Shown here one piece after another: positions 19,276-28,963 of a DNA stretch of 64,000 bases. Made by a program: the position numbers and the translations under genes. The DNA is from an uncultured Gemmatimonadaceae bacterium (GTDB taxonomy: Bacteria; Gemmatimonadota; Gemmatimonadetes; Gemmatimonadales; Gemmatimonadaceae). The number at the start of each line of letters is the position of its first letter. The first letter of the stretch is position 1. The notes beneath the pieces were generated by a model. That model did not search any database and was not told the DNA's origin. It worked only from the letters and a program-made list of their open reading frames with translations. Location: assembly GCA_963843845.1 (NCBI GenBank), contig CAWJMB010000002.1, positions 608,001 to 672,000 of the forward strand, in the 5' to 3' direction.

Positions 19276-20439
19276 TCACGAGTCGGCGAGCGCAGCGACG
19301 AGGTCGTCGATCAGGTCGTCCGCGGCCTCGATCCCGACCGACACCCGAAGCAGATCGTGTGGCGTCGTCGTCTCCGGATTCTCGTTCGACGCGCGGTGCT
19401 CGATGAGACTCTCGACCCCGCCGAGGCTCGTCGCCCGCGAGAAGAGCCGACAGCGCGCGACGACCGCCATCGCCACGTCACGCCCGCCGCGGATCTGGAC
19501 CGAGAGCATCCCGCCGAACCGCGGCACCCCGTCGGCCGCCATCTGCGCCGCGGCGACGGCGTGCCCGGGGTGCGCCTCGAGTCCCGGATAGTGCACTGCC
19601 GCCACGCGCGGGTGCGTGGCGAGGGCGCGGGCGATCGCGAGCGCGCTGTCCGACTGCGTGCGGACGCGGAGCGCGAGCGTGCGGATGCCGCGTAGCAGCA
19701 GCCAGCAGTCGAACGGCGACGGAACGGCGCCGGCGCGCTGCTGCACGGCGCGGACGCGCGCGAACAGCTCGCCGAGCGCGCCGTCGAGCGTGCGGACGAT
19801 CAGCGCCCCGCCCAGGACGTCCGAGTGTCCGCCGAGGTACTTCGTCGTCGAGTGCATGACGATGTCGGCGCCGAGCGCGAGCGGGCGCGAGATCGCGGGC
19901 GACGCCCACGTGTTGTCGCAGGCGACGAGCGCACCGTGGCGGCGCGCGCAGGCGACCGTCGCCGCGATGTCCGTGATGCGCAGCAGGGGGTTCGACGGCG
20001 TCTCGATCCACACGACCTTCGGCGACCGCTCCGGATACTCGGCGAGCGCGGCGTCGACGGCGGCCGGATCGGTCGCGTCGACGAAGGTCACGGCGAGCCC
20101 CCACGGTGCGAACAGCTCGCGCAGCACGAGCCCGGTGCCGAAGTAGGCGTCGTTCGCCGCGACGACGTGCGCGCCGGGGCCTACCGCGTGGAACAGCGCG
20201 CTCGTCGCCGCCTGGCCGGACGCGAAGGCGGCCGCGTCGGCGCCGCCGTCGAGCGCCGCGAGGCACCGCTCGAGCTCCGCGCGCGTCGGGTTCGTCGTGC
20301 GTGTGTAGACGTGGCCGTGCGGGTAGCTCCCGTCGGGCGCGCGGACGAACGTCGTCGTGAGATGGATCGGCGCCGTCACGGCGCCGGCGTCGCGCGCCTC
20401 GGGGGCGCCGGCGTGCACGGCGAGGGTATCGAACAACAC
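19276..20439 (-). CDS. Cystathionine gamma-synthase/lyase family PLP enzyme
   Basis: YTRTTNPT, FASG.AA, ETPSNP, DNTWASP, HSTTKYLGGHSD, ATSLGGVESLIEH. Confidence 0.9.
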   Translation of the reverse strand: MLFDTLAVHAGAPEARDAGAVTAPIHLTTTFVRAPDGSYPHGHVYTRTTNPTRAELERCLAALDGGADAAAFASGQAATSALFHAVGPGAHVVAANDAYFGTGLVLRELFAPWGLAVTFVDATDPAAVDAALAEYPERSPKVVWIETPSNPLLRITDIAATVACARRHGALVACDNTWASPAISRPLALGADIVMHSTTKYLGGHSDVLGGALIVRTLDGALGELFARVRAVQQRAGAVPSPFDCWLLLRGIRTLALRVRTQSDSALAIARALATHPRVAAVHYPGLEAHPGHAVAAAQMAADGVPRFGGMLSVQIRGGRDVAMAVVARCRLFSRATSLGGVESLIEHRASNENPETTTPHDLLRVSVGIEAADDLIDDLVAALADS

Positions 20440-20529
20440 GATGCGGCGGGGACGGAGGGCGGGGGCGGAACGGCGGGGACGGAAGCGCGCGCGCGCGACC
20501 CAAGCTACGTCGCGGTTAGATTCGCCGGC

Positions 20530-21045
20530 ATGCTCGACGGACATCTGCACCGGTTCTGCGGCGGCCGCTATCAGGCGGCTGCCGAAGTCGTCACGATCCG
20601 CGTCAGCGGCATGAGCGCCGAGGTGACGCGCGAGCTGTATCGCTGCGGGAAGTGCGCGGACGAGCAACGCACCGTCGAGCAGCGCGAGGCCGCGGAGCGC
20701 GCGGCGATCGAGCGGATTCGCGCCGCACACGCGCTGCTCACCCCGAAGGCGATCCGACAGCTCCGCGAGTCGACCGGCCTCACGCCGGCGCAGTTCGGCG
20801 AGCTGCTCTACGGCACGCCGCGCGGCATCGTCGAAGGGTGGGAGCGCGGACGATACGTGCAGAACCGCGACACCGACGCGCTGCTCCGCACCCTGCGCGA
20901 CCGTGAGACCCTCGAGCGGCGGGCCGCGAAGGCCGGCGTCACGCTTCCTGCACCGGAAACGCCCGGCGCACCGGTGGCATCTCCGCCCTCGGCTTCCGCG
21001 ACACGCCCCGACGCGCCCGTATCAGGCGCTCCCGACGGCGTGTAG
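20530..21045 (+). CDS. MqsA-like zinc-ribbon plus XRE HTH regulator/antitoxin
   Basis: HRFC...YRCGKC, LLTPKAIRQLRESTGLTPAQFGELL, WERGRYVQ. Confidence 0.75.
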   Translation: MLDGHLHRFCGGRYQAAAEVVTIRVSGMSAEVTRELYRCGKCADEQRTVEQREAAERAAIERIRAAHALLTPKAIRQLRESTGLTPAQFGELLYGTPRGIVEGWERGRYVQNRDTDALLRTLRDRETLERRAAKAGVTLPAPETPGAPVASPPSASATRPDAPVSGAPDGV

Positions 21046-21069
21046 TATTTCGCGATTCTCCTGGCGACC

Positions 21070-22629
21070 ATGACGACGACCGCGATGCCCGAGCCGACGA
21101 CAGCGACGCCCGACACCCCGACGGCCACCTCTCCGCTCCTCGCGCGCGACGGCCGCTCCGCGAGCATCGTGCACGTCGTCGCCGAGCTCGCGCCGTACGC
21201 GCGCACCGGCGGGCTCGGCGAGGCGGTGCAGAGTCTCGCGGCGTTCCAGGCGGCGAACGGCGTCCCGACCTCGATCGTCATCCCACTCTACCGCCAGGCG
21301 CTCTCCCGCCTGCCGACGCTCGTTCCGGTCGGCGACCCATACGACGTGCAGGTCGGCCCGCGGCGCGAGACCGCGCAGCTCTACACGACGCCGAGCGACG
21401 GCCCACCGCGTGGCACCCAGGAGCGCCGCCGCCGCCGCCGCGCCCAGCACTATTTCGTCGCCAACGAGCAGTACTTCAACCGCGCCGCGATCTACGGCGA
21501 GGGGGGAGACTACCCGGACAATCACCGGCGCTTCGCGTTCCTCGCCGCCGCCACGCTCGCCGCGCTGCCGCGCATCACGCAGGCGCCGCTCATCCTGCAC
21601 GCGCACGACTGGCACGCCGCGCTCGCCCCGATCTACCTGCGCACGTGGTACGCGAACCAGCCGTTCTACCGCGACGTGTCCACGGTGCTCTCGGTCCACA
21701 ACGCCGGCTTCCAGGGGCACTACGGCGCGGACGTGCTCCCCGACATCGGGCTGCCGTGGGAGCTGTTCAACTGGCGCTACCTCGAGTGGTACGGCAAGGC
21801 GAACCTGCTGAAAGGCGGGATGTCGTTCGCCGACGCGGTCACGACCGTCAGCCCGACGCACGCCACCGAGCTGCGTACCCCCGCCGGCGGCTTCGGCCTG
21901 CACGACCATTTCCTGGGGCTCGGCGAACGCTTCCTCGGGATCGTGAACGGGATCGACCAGACGATCTGGGACCCGTCGACCGACCCGCACATCGCCGCGC
22001 CCTACTCCGCGGCCGACCCGTCGGGGAAGCGCGCCTGCCGCCGCGCGCTGCAGCAGGCCTACGGCCTTCCGGTGCGCGACGACGTGCCGATCTTCGCGAT
22101 GGCGGCGCGCCTCGTCTGGCAGAAAGGGATGGACCTCATCCTCGCCGAGACCGGCCTCTTCGATCTCGACGCGCAGTTCATCTTCCTCGGCGCCGGCGAA
22201 GCGCGCTACGAGAACGCGCTGCGGCGGTGGGCGCAGCGCGCACCCGATCGCGTGCGCGCCGACACGAGCTTCAACGACCCGGCCGAGCACCGGCTCATGG
22301 CGGGCGCCGACGTATGTCTCATGCCCTGCCAGTACGAGCCGTGCGGTCTCACGCAGATGCGCGCGCAGCGGTACGGCACGCTCCCGCTCGTGCGCGCCGT
22401 CGGCGGCCTCGCCGACACCGTCGACGACGACGCGACGGGGTTCGTGTTCCGGGCGTACGAGCCGCTCGCCTTCGTCGCGACCGTGATCCGCGCGATCCGC
22501 ACGTATCAGGAGCGCGGCACGTGGCAGCGCATGATGAGCGAGGCGATGAACCGCGACTTCGGGTGGGAGCGGAGCGAGGAGCGGTATCTCGCGGTGTACC
22601 GGCAGGTGATGCGGCGGGCGGGCGCCTGA
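21070..22629 (+). CDS. glgA: Glycogen/starch synthase (GT5)
   Basis: ELAPYARTGGLG, HAHDWHAAL, VHNAGFQG, GIVNGID, RLVWQKG, YEPCGLTQM, VGGLADTV. Confidence 0.95.
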   Translation: MTTTAMPEPTTATPDTPTATSPLLARDGRSASIVHVVAELAPYARTGGLGEAVQSLAAFQAANGVPTSIVIPLYRQALSRLPTLVPVGDPYDVQVGPRRETAQLYTTPSDGPPRGTQERRRRRRAQHYFVANEQYFNRAAIYGEGGDYPDNHRRFAFLAAATLAALPRITQAPLILHAHDWHAALAPIYLRTWYANQPFYRDVSTVLSVHNAGFQGHYGADVLPDIGLPWELFNWRYLEWYGKANLLKGGMSFADAVTTVSPTHATELRTPAGGFGLHDHFLGLGERFLGIVNGIDQTIWDPSTDPHIAAPYSAADPSGKRACRRALQQAYGLPVRDDVPIFAMAARLVWQKGMDLILAETGLFDLDAQFIFLGAGEARYENALRRWAQRAPDRVRADTSFNDPAEHRLMAGADVCLMPCQYEPCGLTQMRAQRYGTLPLVRAVGGLADTVDDDATGFVFRAYEPLAFVATVIRAIRTYQERGTWQRMMSEAMNRDFGWERSEERYLAVYRQVMRRAGA

Positions 22630-22663
22630 CCGATCGTCACCGCAGATCGCGGATGCGTTCGCT

Positions 22664-22755
22664 GTAGTGCTCGGTAGTGCTCGGTAGTGCTCGACAGAAG
22701 GAACGGAAGGCACGGAAGGGAGCACCCGAGCGGTGCTTCCGTGCCTTCCGTTCCT
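22664..22755. repeat. 10-bp tandem x3 plus 20-bp-arm hairpin between convergent genes
   Basis: (gtagtgctcg)x3 at 22664-22693; aggaacggaaggcacggaag (22699-22718) / cttccgtgccttccgttcct (22736-22755). Confidence 0.8.
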
Positions 22756-22758
22756 CGC

Positions 22759-23142
22759 TCACCGTCGTGGACGCGACGGGTCGCGCGCGGCGAGCGCGTC
22801 CAGCCGATCGACGAGCGTGCGAACCATGGCGTCCGGGTGAGCGCCGTCCCGACGCTCGAGCCGGAGCGGATCGGGCGCCGCCTCCACCTCGACGCCGTCC
22901 GCGTAGACGTAGATCCGGACGGCGGGCGGGTCGACCCGTCCGGTGACGTACAGGTCGCCCGGCTCGCCGCCGCGAATCGGCGCCACCGTGCGGTCGACGA
23001 TGCGGTAGCCGGCGTCGTGGAGCGCGGCCTCGAGCCGGTGCTGGAAGTGCGTGAGGCCGTCGGCGCGGCGCGCGCGCTCGGGCGCCCACGCGCGATCATG
23101 GGCGCGGCGGTCGGCGGCGCAGTGCGTGAGTCGGTGCGACAT
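22759..23142 (-). CDS. Hypothetical protein
   Basis: 127-aa ORF with ordinary composition, 6 nt downstream of the preceding minus gene. Confidence 0.55.
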   Translation of the reverse strand: MSHRLTHCAADRRAHDRAWAPERARRADGLTHFQHRLEAALHDAGYRIVDRTVAPIRGGEPGDLYVTGRVDPPAVRIYVYADGVEVEAAPDPLRLERRDGAHPDAMVRTLVDRLDALAARDPSRPRR

Positions 23143-23148
23143 GCGGCG

Positions 23149-23625
23149 CTACGGCGTGCGGCGGGACGCGCCGAACACCAGGAGCCCCGGCTCGCCCGGC
23201 GTGACGACGAGTCGCGCCACGAGCACCAGCCCCGCGACCGCGTCTCGCGGCACCAGCGCGATCTGCGGCGCGGTGCCCGACTCGGTGCCGGAGACGAGCC
23301 GCGCGGCGAGGACGCCGACCCGCGCGGAGTCGATGACCGGCCCGCGCGCCGGCGCCAGGTACAGCGGCAGCCGTCCCTGCCCCCGGGCACGCACCACCCG
23401 CTCGATCGGCGCGAGACGCCGGCCGTCACGCGTCACGGCCGCGCCGGCGCCGAGGCGGTCGCCGGCACCGGCCGGCCGCACCGCGGCGCGGCCGGCGGCG
23501 AACACGACGCCGATCGCCCCGGCAGCGACGAGCCCGAGCAGCACCCGGACGCCCGTCCGCTGACCGGCGCGGCGGGGCTCGCGCTCGGTCGTCGGCAGGT
23601 CTGGCTCTCGCACGAGGGGATTCAT
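23149..23625 (-). CDS. Hypothetical membrane-anchored protein
   Basis: One TM segment (VLLGLVAAGAIGVVFA). Confidence 0.55.
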   Translation of the reverse strand: MNPLVREPDLPTTEREPRRAGQRTGVRVLLGLVAAGAIGVVFAAGRAAVRPAGAGDRLGAGAAVTRDGRRLAPIERVVRARGQGRLPLYLAPARGPVIDSARVGVLAARLVSGTESGTAPQIALVPRDAVAGLVLVARLVVTPGEPGLLVFGASRRTP

Positions 23626-23700
23626 GGACGTCTCAGGCCTGGCATCCGGATCAGCCGCACGACGATCGCCGCCGCTCGGCGGCGTCGCAACCCGACTCCT

Positions 23701-25035
23701 CTACGTCGTCGCAGCCGCGCTCTCGTCACGAGACCGGCCGGCGCGCGCCGCCACGCGCAACGCCAGACCGAGCGCCAGCGCCCCCACGAGCACCAGCACC
23801 TGTCCCAGCGTCACGCCGGCCAGCACCGCGGCGACGAGCACCAGCCCACCTCCCCACGCGACCGGCGCCGCCGGAATCCGCACCCGCGCCGCCGGCGCCG
23901 TCGCCCGGCGCCGCAGCACGGGGAGCGCCGCGCACGTCAGCCCGTACACGATGAGTCGCGCCGCCGTGCTCACCGTGAGCGCTCCGCGGAACGTGCTGTC
24001 CGCCGCGAGCGCCACGTAGCAGCACGTCACGAGCACCACCGCGATCGCCGGCGTGTGGAAGCGCGGGTGGACACGCCCGAGCACGGCCGGCAGGTCGCCG
24101 CCGCTCGCCATCGCGAACACCACGCGCGACGACGCGAGCAGCGCCGTGTGCATCGTCCCCGCGATCGCGACGACGGCGCCGGCGACGACGACCGGCACCG
24201 CCGCGCTCCCGAAGAGCACCCGGCCGGCCTCGGCGAGCGGGCGCTCGGTGGTGCCCAACGACGGAACGGCGCCGACGCACACCACCTGCACGGCGACATA
24301 GATGAACGCGACGATCGAGAGGCCGACGCCGAGCGCGACCGGGATGTCGCGCCGCGGGTCGCGGCTCTCGCCAGCGGCGATGACGACCGTCTCGAAGCCC
24401 GAGAACGCGAAGCAGAGCAGCAGCACCGCGGCGCCGAACGTCGCCGGGGCGGGCGGAGTGCCCAACGCGAGGCGTGACGGAACGACCGCGAACGCGCCGA
24501 CGACGACGAGAACGACGAGCGGGAGGAGCTTGGCGAGGGTGACCGCCGTGTTGACCGACGCGGCGAGCCGCACGCCGCGCACGTGGACGAGCGCGAGCGA
24601 GCCCAGGACGGCGGCGACGAGCGCGACGCGGCCGGCACCGCTGCCGACGGCCGGCGTGTAGGCCGCGACGTACTGCGCGAGCAGTCCGAGCAGCGCCGCC
24701 CCCCCCGCCAGACGTGCGATCAGGAGCAGCCACCCGGTCACGAACCCCGCGAGCGGCCCGAACGCGTCGGTCGCGTAGACGTACGGCCCGCCGGTCGCGT
24801 CGTAGCGGCTCGCGACCTCGACGAAGCAGCAGACGACGAGCGCGATGACGACGGCGCTCGCGACGACGGCGAGCACGCTGTAGGGGCCGACGAGCGCGGC
24901 GACCGTCGCCGGCAGTCCGTAGACCGCGGCGCCGAGCACGCTGTTGATCGTGAGCGCGACGAGGGGGCCGCGCCCGATGCCGCGCGAGAGTCCGTCGGCG
25001 GTCGGCAGCGTCGGCGCGGTCGGCGAAGGCGGCAT
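23701..25035 (-). CDS. APC-family amino-acid permease
   Basis: INSVLGAAVY, GGPYVY...AFG, FAFSGFE, AGESRDPRRDIP, HPRFHTP; many TM helices. Confidence 0.9.
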   Translation of the reverse strand: MPPSPTAPTLPTADGLSRGIGRGPLVALTINSVLGAAVYGLPATVAALVGPYSVLAVVASAVVIALVVCCFVEVASRYDATGGPYVYATDAFGPLAGFVTGWLLLIARLAGGAALLGLLAQYVAAYTPAVGSGAGRVALVAAVLGSLALVHVRGVRLAASVNTAVTLAKLLPLVVLVVVGAFAVVPSRLALGTPPAPATFGAAVLLLCFAFSGFETVVIAAGESRDPRRDIPVALGVGLSIVAFIYVAVQVVCVGAVPSLGTTERPLAEAGRVLFGSAAVPVVVAGAVVAIAGTMHTALLASSRVVFAMASGGDLPAVLGRVHPRFHTPAIAVVLVTCCYVALAADSTFRGALTVSTAARLIVYGLTCAALPVLRRRATAPAARVRIPAAPVAWGGGLVLVAAVLAGVTLGQVLVLVGALALGLALRVAARAGRSRDESAAATT

Positions 25036-25122
25036 GGGGGCACAACATAACCCCCGGCGCCGGATGTACTCTTCGCCGTCCGCCGCACCACCCACCAACG
25101 CTCGGCTCTGCAAGCGCACGCG

Positions 25123-27578
25123 ATGCACTCGGTCGTCCTCCACTCGCACTTCTATCAGCCGCCGCGCGACGACCCCTGGTACGAGGAGATCGCGCGCGAG
25201 CCCGAGGCCGAGCCGTACGACGACTGGACGTCGCGCGTCGCGCACGAGAGCTATCGCGGCGTCGTCGCGGCGCGCGTGCTCGATGGGCAGGGGCAGATCC
25301 GGCGCATCATCAACACGCTCGCCTACACGAGCTTCGACGTCGCGCCGACGCTGCTCGCCTGGCTCGAGCGGTGCATGCCGGCCGTCTACGACGCGATCCG
25401 CGCGGCCGACCGCGAGAGCCTGACGCGCACCGGATTCGGCAACGCGATCGCGCACCCGTACGACCACGTCGTGCTCCCGCTGGCGAGCCGGCGCGACAAG
25501 GTGACGACCGTGCGGTGGGGGATCGCCGACTTCGTGCGCCGCTTCGACCGTGAGCCGCTCGGAATGTGGTTGCCCGAGACGGCGGTCGACGACGAGACGC
25601 TCGACGTGCTCGCGGAGCAGGGCATCCGCTTCACGATCCTCGCCCCGCATCAGGTGACGCCCGCGGCCGCCCCCGCGCTCACCGCCGCGGTCGCTGACCG
25701 CGGCGGCGAGGCGCGGCAGCGTCCGCGTCCGCGGCCGTGCCTGCCGCCGCGCCTGCCGCCGGAGACGCGCCGACGCTCGGGGCACCCGGCCGCTATACGA
25801 CGGCGAGCGGCCGCACGATCGCGCTCGTCGCCTACGACGGTGGCGTGTCGCACGCCGTCGCGTTCGGCGGGCTGCTGCGCGATGGGCGGCGACTCGCCGA
25901 CGTGCTGTCGGCACACCGCGCCGGCGACGACGAGGCTGCCGACGGTGCGCTGCTCGCGCTCGCGATCGACGGCGAGACGTACGGACACCATCATCGGTTC
26001 GGCGACATGGCGCTCGCCGCCGCGATCGATCAGCTCGAGCGCCACCCGAACGTTCGTCTCACGAACGTCGCGGCGTATCTCGACACGCACATGTCGGAAC
26101 ACCGTGTCGACATCGTCGCGCCGAGCGCGTGGAGCTGCGGGCACGGGGTGGAGCGGTGGCGGGCGGACTGCGGCTGCTGCGTCGAGCCTGGGATGCACCG
26201 CCGCTGGAAGGCGCCGCTCCGCGAGGCGATCGACGGCGTCGTCGCGGAGGCGCACGCGCTGTTCGAGCGCGAGGGCGCGTCGCTCTTCGGCGACGTCTGG
26301 GACGCGCGCGACCGCTACGAGGACGGCGCCGGCGCGTTCCCGCCGGTCACGGCCGCCGACCCGCCGGCCGCCCCCGACGAGCTCCGCGCCCGCGCCCTGC
26401 TCGAGATGGAGCGCCTCGCCCTCCGCGCGCAGACGTCGGTCGCCTGGTTCTTCGACGACGTCGTGCGCCCCGAGCCGCTGATCGTGCTCCGCGCCGCGGC
26501 GCGGCTCATCGAGCTCGCGGGAACGGTGGACGGCGACGCCGCGCGGCGCATGGAGCACCACTTGCTCGAACGTCTCGCCCGCGCCCACTCGAACGACGCG
26601 ACCATTCGCTCGGCGCGCGACTTCTACCTGCGCGACGCGCGGCCGACGCGCCCGCCGGCGGTGCGGATCGCGGCAGGGTTCGCGGCGGCGCGGCGCTTCG
26701 CGAGCGTCGGCCCGGCGACCGAGGGTCCGGGGACCGAGGGCACCGCCGCCGCCGGGGCGACCGCCGCGCTGGAGGCGGGGATCCCGGCTGGCACTCCCGA
26801 CGGCGCGCTCCCCGCGGGGTGGTCCGCCGCCGTCGATCGCCACACCGTGCGCCTCGTCGAGCGGCGGACGGCGCGTGCGTACACGTTCGACGTGCTCGTC
26901 GACGTTCCGGGGCCGCTGGCGGCGCCGTCCGCCGACCGCAGCGGGGCCGGCCAGATCGAGGTCGCGGCCCTCGGCGTCGAGCACCCGGAGCGCGGGCCGG
27001 CGGTGCGGCTGGCCGACGTCGATCCGCGCGCGATCACGGTGCTCGTGCGCTCGCTCTCCGACGCCGCGCGCGACCGCGCCCCCGAGTCGGCGCCGCTCGG
27101 CATCGCGCTCAAGCTCGCCGACCTCACGGACCGCGCGCAACGAACGATCGAGCGCGCGGTGCGCCGGGCCGTCGTGCACCGCCTGCTCGACGCCGACGAG
27201 CGCGAGCGCCTCGCGGCCGGCGAGACCGAGCTCGGTCCGCTCGTCTCGGCCGCGCTCCGGCGCGCCGTGCGGGCGCTCGCGACCGACCTGTCGCAGCCGG
27301 CGATCGCCCGCGTGCTCGGCCTGATCGACCTGCGCGCCTCGCTCCGCGGCGTCGCGCCCTTCGACGCCCAGACGCTGTTCCACGAGTTGCGCGCCGCCGC
27401 GCCGCCCGACGCCGCGGCACGACTCGCACCGATCGCCCGGCGACTCGGCTTCTCGACGCGCGCGTGGGACACGGCGTGGCGGGAACGGCCGGGGACCGGG
27501 GACCGGGGACCGGGGATCGACAGCGTCATCGCCACGTCGTCGCACGCGGCACCAGACACGGGCAGCGATTTCGCGTAA
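25123..27578 (+). CDS. Glycoside hydrolase family 57 / DUF3536 protein (frameshift near 25700-25740)
   Basis: HSHFYQPPRDDPW, SFDVAPTLL.W, GMWLPETAVD, DGETYGHH, SAWSCGHGVERWRADCG, WFFDD. Confidence 0.88.
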
Positions 27579-27640
27579 CGTGCGGCCCGAGCTGTGCGGA
27601 ACGAACCGGTCCCCGACTCCCGATCCCCGATCCCCGGCCG
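27486..27640. repeat. Inverted GGGGACC/GGGGATC heptamer arrays
   Basis: (ggggacc)x3-ggggatc at 27491-27518 versus ccccgactcccgatccccgatccccggccg at 27611-27640. Confidence 0.8.
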
Positions 27641-27646
27641 TCCAGA

Positions 27647-28873
27647 ATGCCCACCGTCTTCTTCGCCGCGCCGCTGCTCTCCGAGAACGCCTCGAAGATG
27701 CTCCTCGCCGTCGCATCGCTCCCCGGCGTCCGGCTCGGCGTCGTGTCGACCGACCCGCAGGAGCGCGCGCCGGACGACGTGCGGCGCGCGATCACCGCGC
27801 ACTGGCGCGTCGACGACATCCTCGATCCCGGGCAGCTCGCGTGGGGCGTCGAGATGCTCGCGCAGCAGCTCGGGCCACCCGACCGGCTGTTCGGTGCGTA
27901 CGAGCAGCTGCAGGTGCCGCTCGCCGACGTGCGCGAGCGGCTGGGGATCGACGGGCTGAGCGGCGAGTCGGCGCGCAACTTCCGCGACAAGGCGCGCATG
28001 AAGGACGTGCTGCGCGCCGCGGGGGTCCCGGTCGCGCGCCACATGCTCGTCGAGAGCACGGGAGAGGCGGAGGCCTTCGTGCGCGACGTCGGCTTTCCCG
28101 TGGTCATCAAGCCGCCGGCAGGCGCCGGCTCGGTGGCGACGTTCCGCGCCGACGACCCGGACAGCCTGCTCGCCGCCTTCGCGCAGGCGCCGGCGCGTCC
28201 TGGCGAGCCGGCGCTCGTCGAGGAGTTCGTCGTCGGCGACGAGCACTCGCTCGAGACGATCTCGATCGACGGCCGGCAGGTGTGGCACTCGCTCACGCAC
28301 TACTATCCGACGCCGCTCGAAGTCGTGCGGAACCCGTGGATTCAGTGGTGCGTGGTGCTGCCGCGCGAGGTCGACGACGCGCGCTACGACGACGCGCGCG
28401 CCGTCGGTGACCGCGCCCTGCAGGCGTTGGGCATGACGACCGGACTCACCCACATGGAGTGGTTCCGTCGCCGCGACGGAAGCGTCGCCGTGAGCGAGAT
28501 CGCGGCGCGTCCGCCCGGCGCGCAGATCACGACGCTCGTCTCGCGCGCGACCGACAGCGACTTCGTGCGGAGCTGGGCCGAGGTGATGGTGTTCGGCACC
28601 TTCACGCCGCCGGAGCGGAAGTACGCGACCGGCATCGCGTTCCTCCGTGCCCAGGGCCCCGCGACCGGCCGCATCCGCGCGATTCACGGCCTCGACCGCA
28701 TCCGCGCGGACGTCCGCGGCCTCGTCGTCGATCACTCGCTCCCGTCGGTGGGCGCCGAGGCCAAGCCGACGTACGAGGGGGACGGGTGGATTCTCGTGCG
28801 CCACGCGGAGACGCAGGTCGTCGTCGAGGCGCTGCGCGACGTGATTTCGAACGTGCGGGTCGAGCTGGCTTAA
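27647..28873 (+). CDS. ATP-grasp ligase 1
   Basis: NFRDKARMK, VIKPPAGAGS, EEFVVGDE, HMEWF, EIAARPPG. Confidence 0.9.
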   Translation: MPTVFFAAPLLSENASKMLLAVASLPGVRLGVVSTDPQERAPDDVRRAITAHWRVDDILDPGQLAWGVEMLAQQLGPPDRLFGAYEQLQVPLADVRERLGIDGLSGESARNFRDKARMKDVLRAAGVPVARHMLVESTGEAEAFVRDVGFPVVIKPPAGAGSVATFRADDPDSLLAAFAQAPARPGEPALVEEFVVGDEHSLETISIDGRQVWHSLTHYYPTPLEVVRNPWIQWCVVLPREVDDARYDDARAVGDRALQALGMTTGLTHMEWFRRRDGSVAVSEIAARPPGAQITTLVSRATDSDFVRSWAEVMVFGTFTPPERKYATGIAFLRAQGPATGRIRAIHGLDRIRADVRGLVVDHSLPSVGAEAKPTYEGDGWILVRHAETQVVVEALRDVISNVRVELA

Positions 28874-28875
28874 CC

Positions 28876-28945
28876 GCCGGGGATCGGGATTCGGGGATCG
28901 GGGATCGGGTGACTGCCCGAGCGACCCCGATCCCCGATCCCCGGC
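28876..28945. repeat. Inverted GGGGATC heptamer arrays (hairpin)
   Basis: gccggggatcgggattcggggatcggggatcggg ... ccccgatccccgatccccggc. Confidence 0.85.
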
Positions 28946-28963
28946 TTCACCGAGGAATCTCGA

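Noticed and set aside
22759..23625. Small ORFs as RiPP precursors for the ATP-grasp ligases
   Set aside because: Opposite strand, outside the operon, no repeated core motifs; the ligases do not obviously resemble graspetide synthetases.
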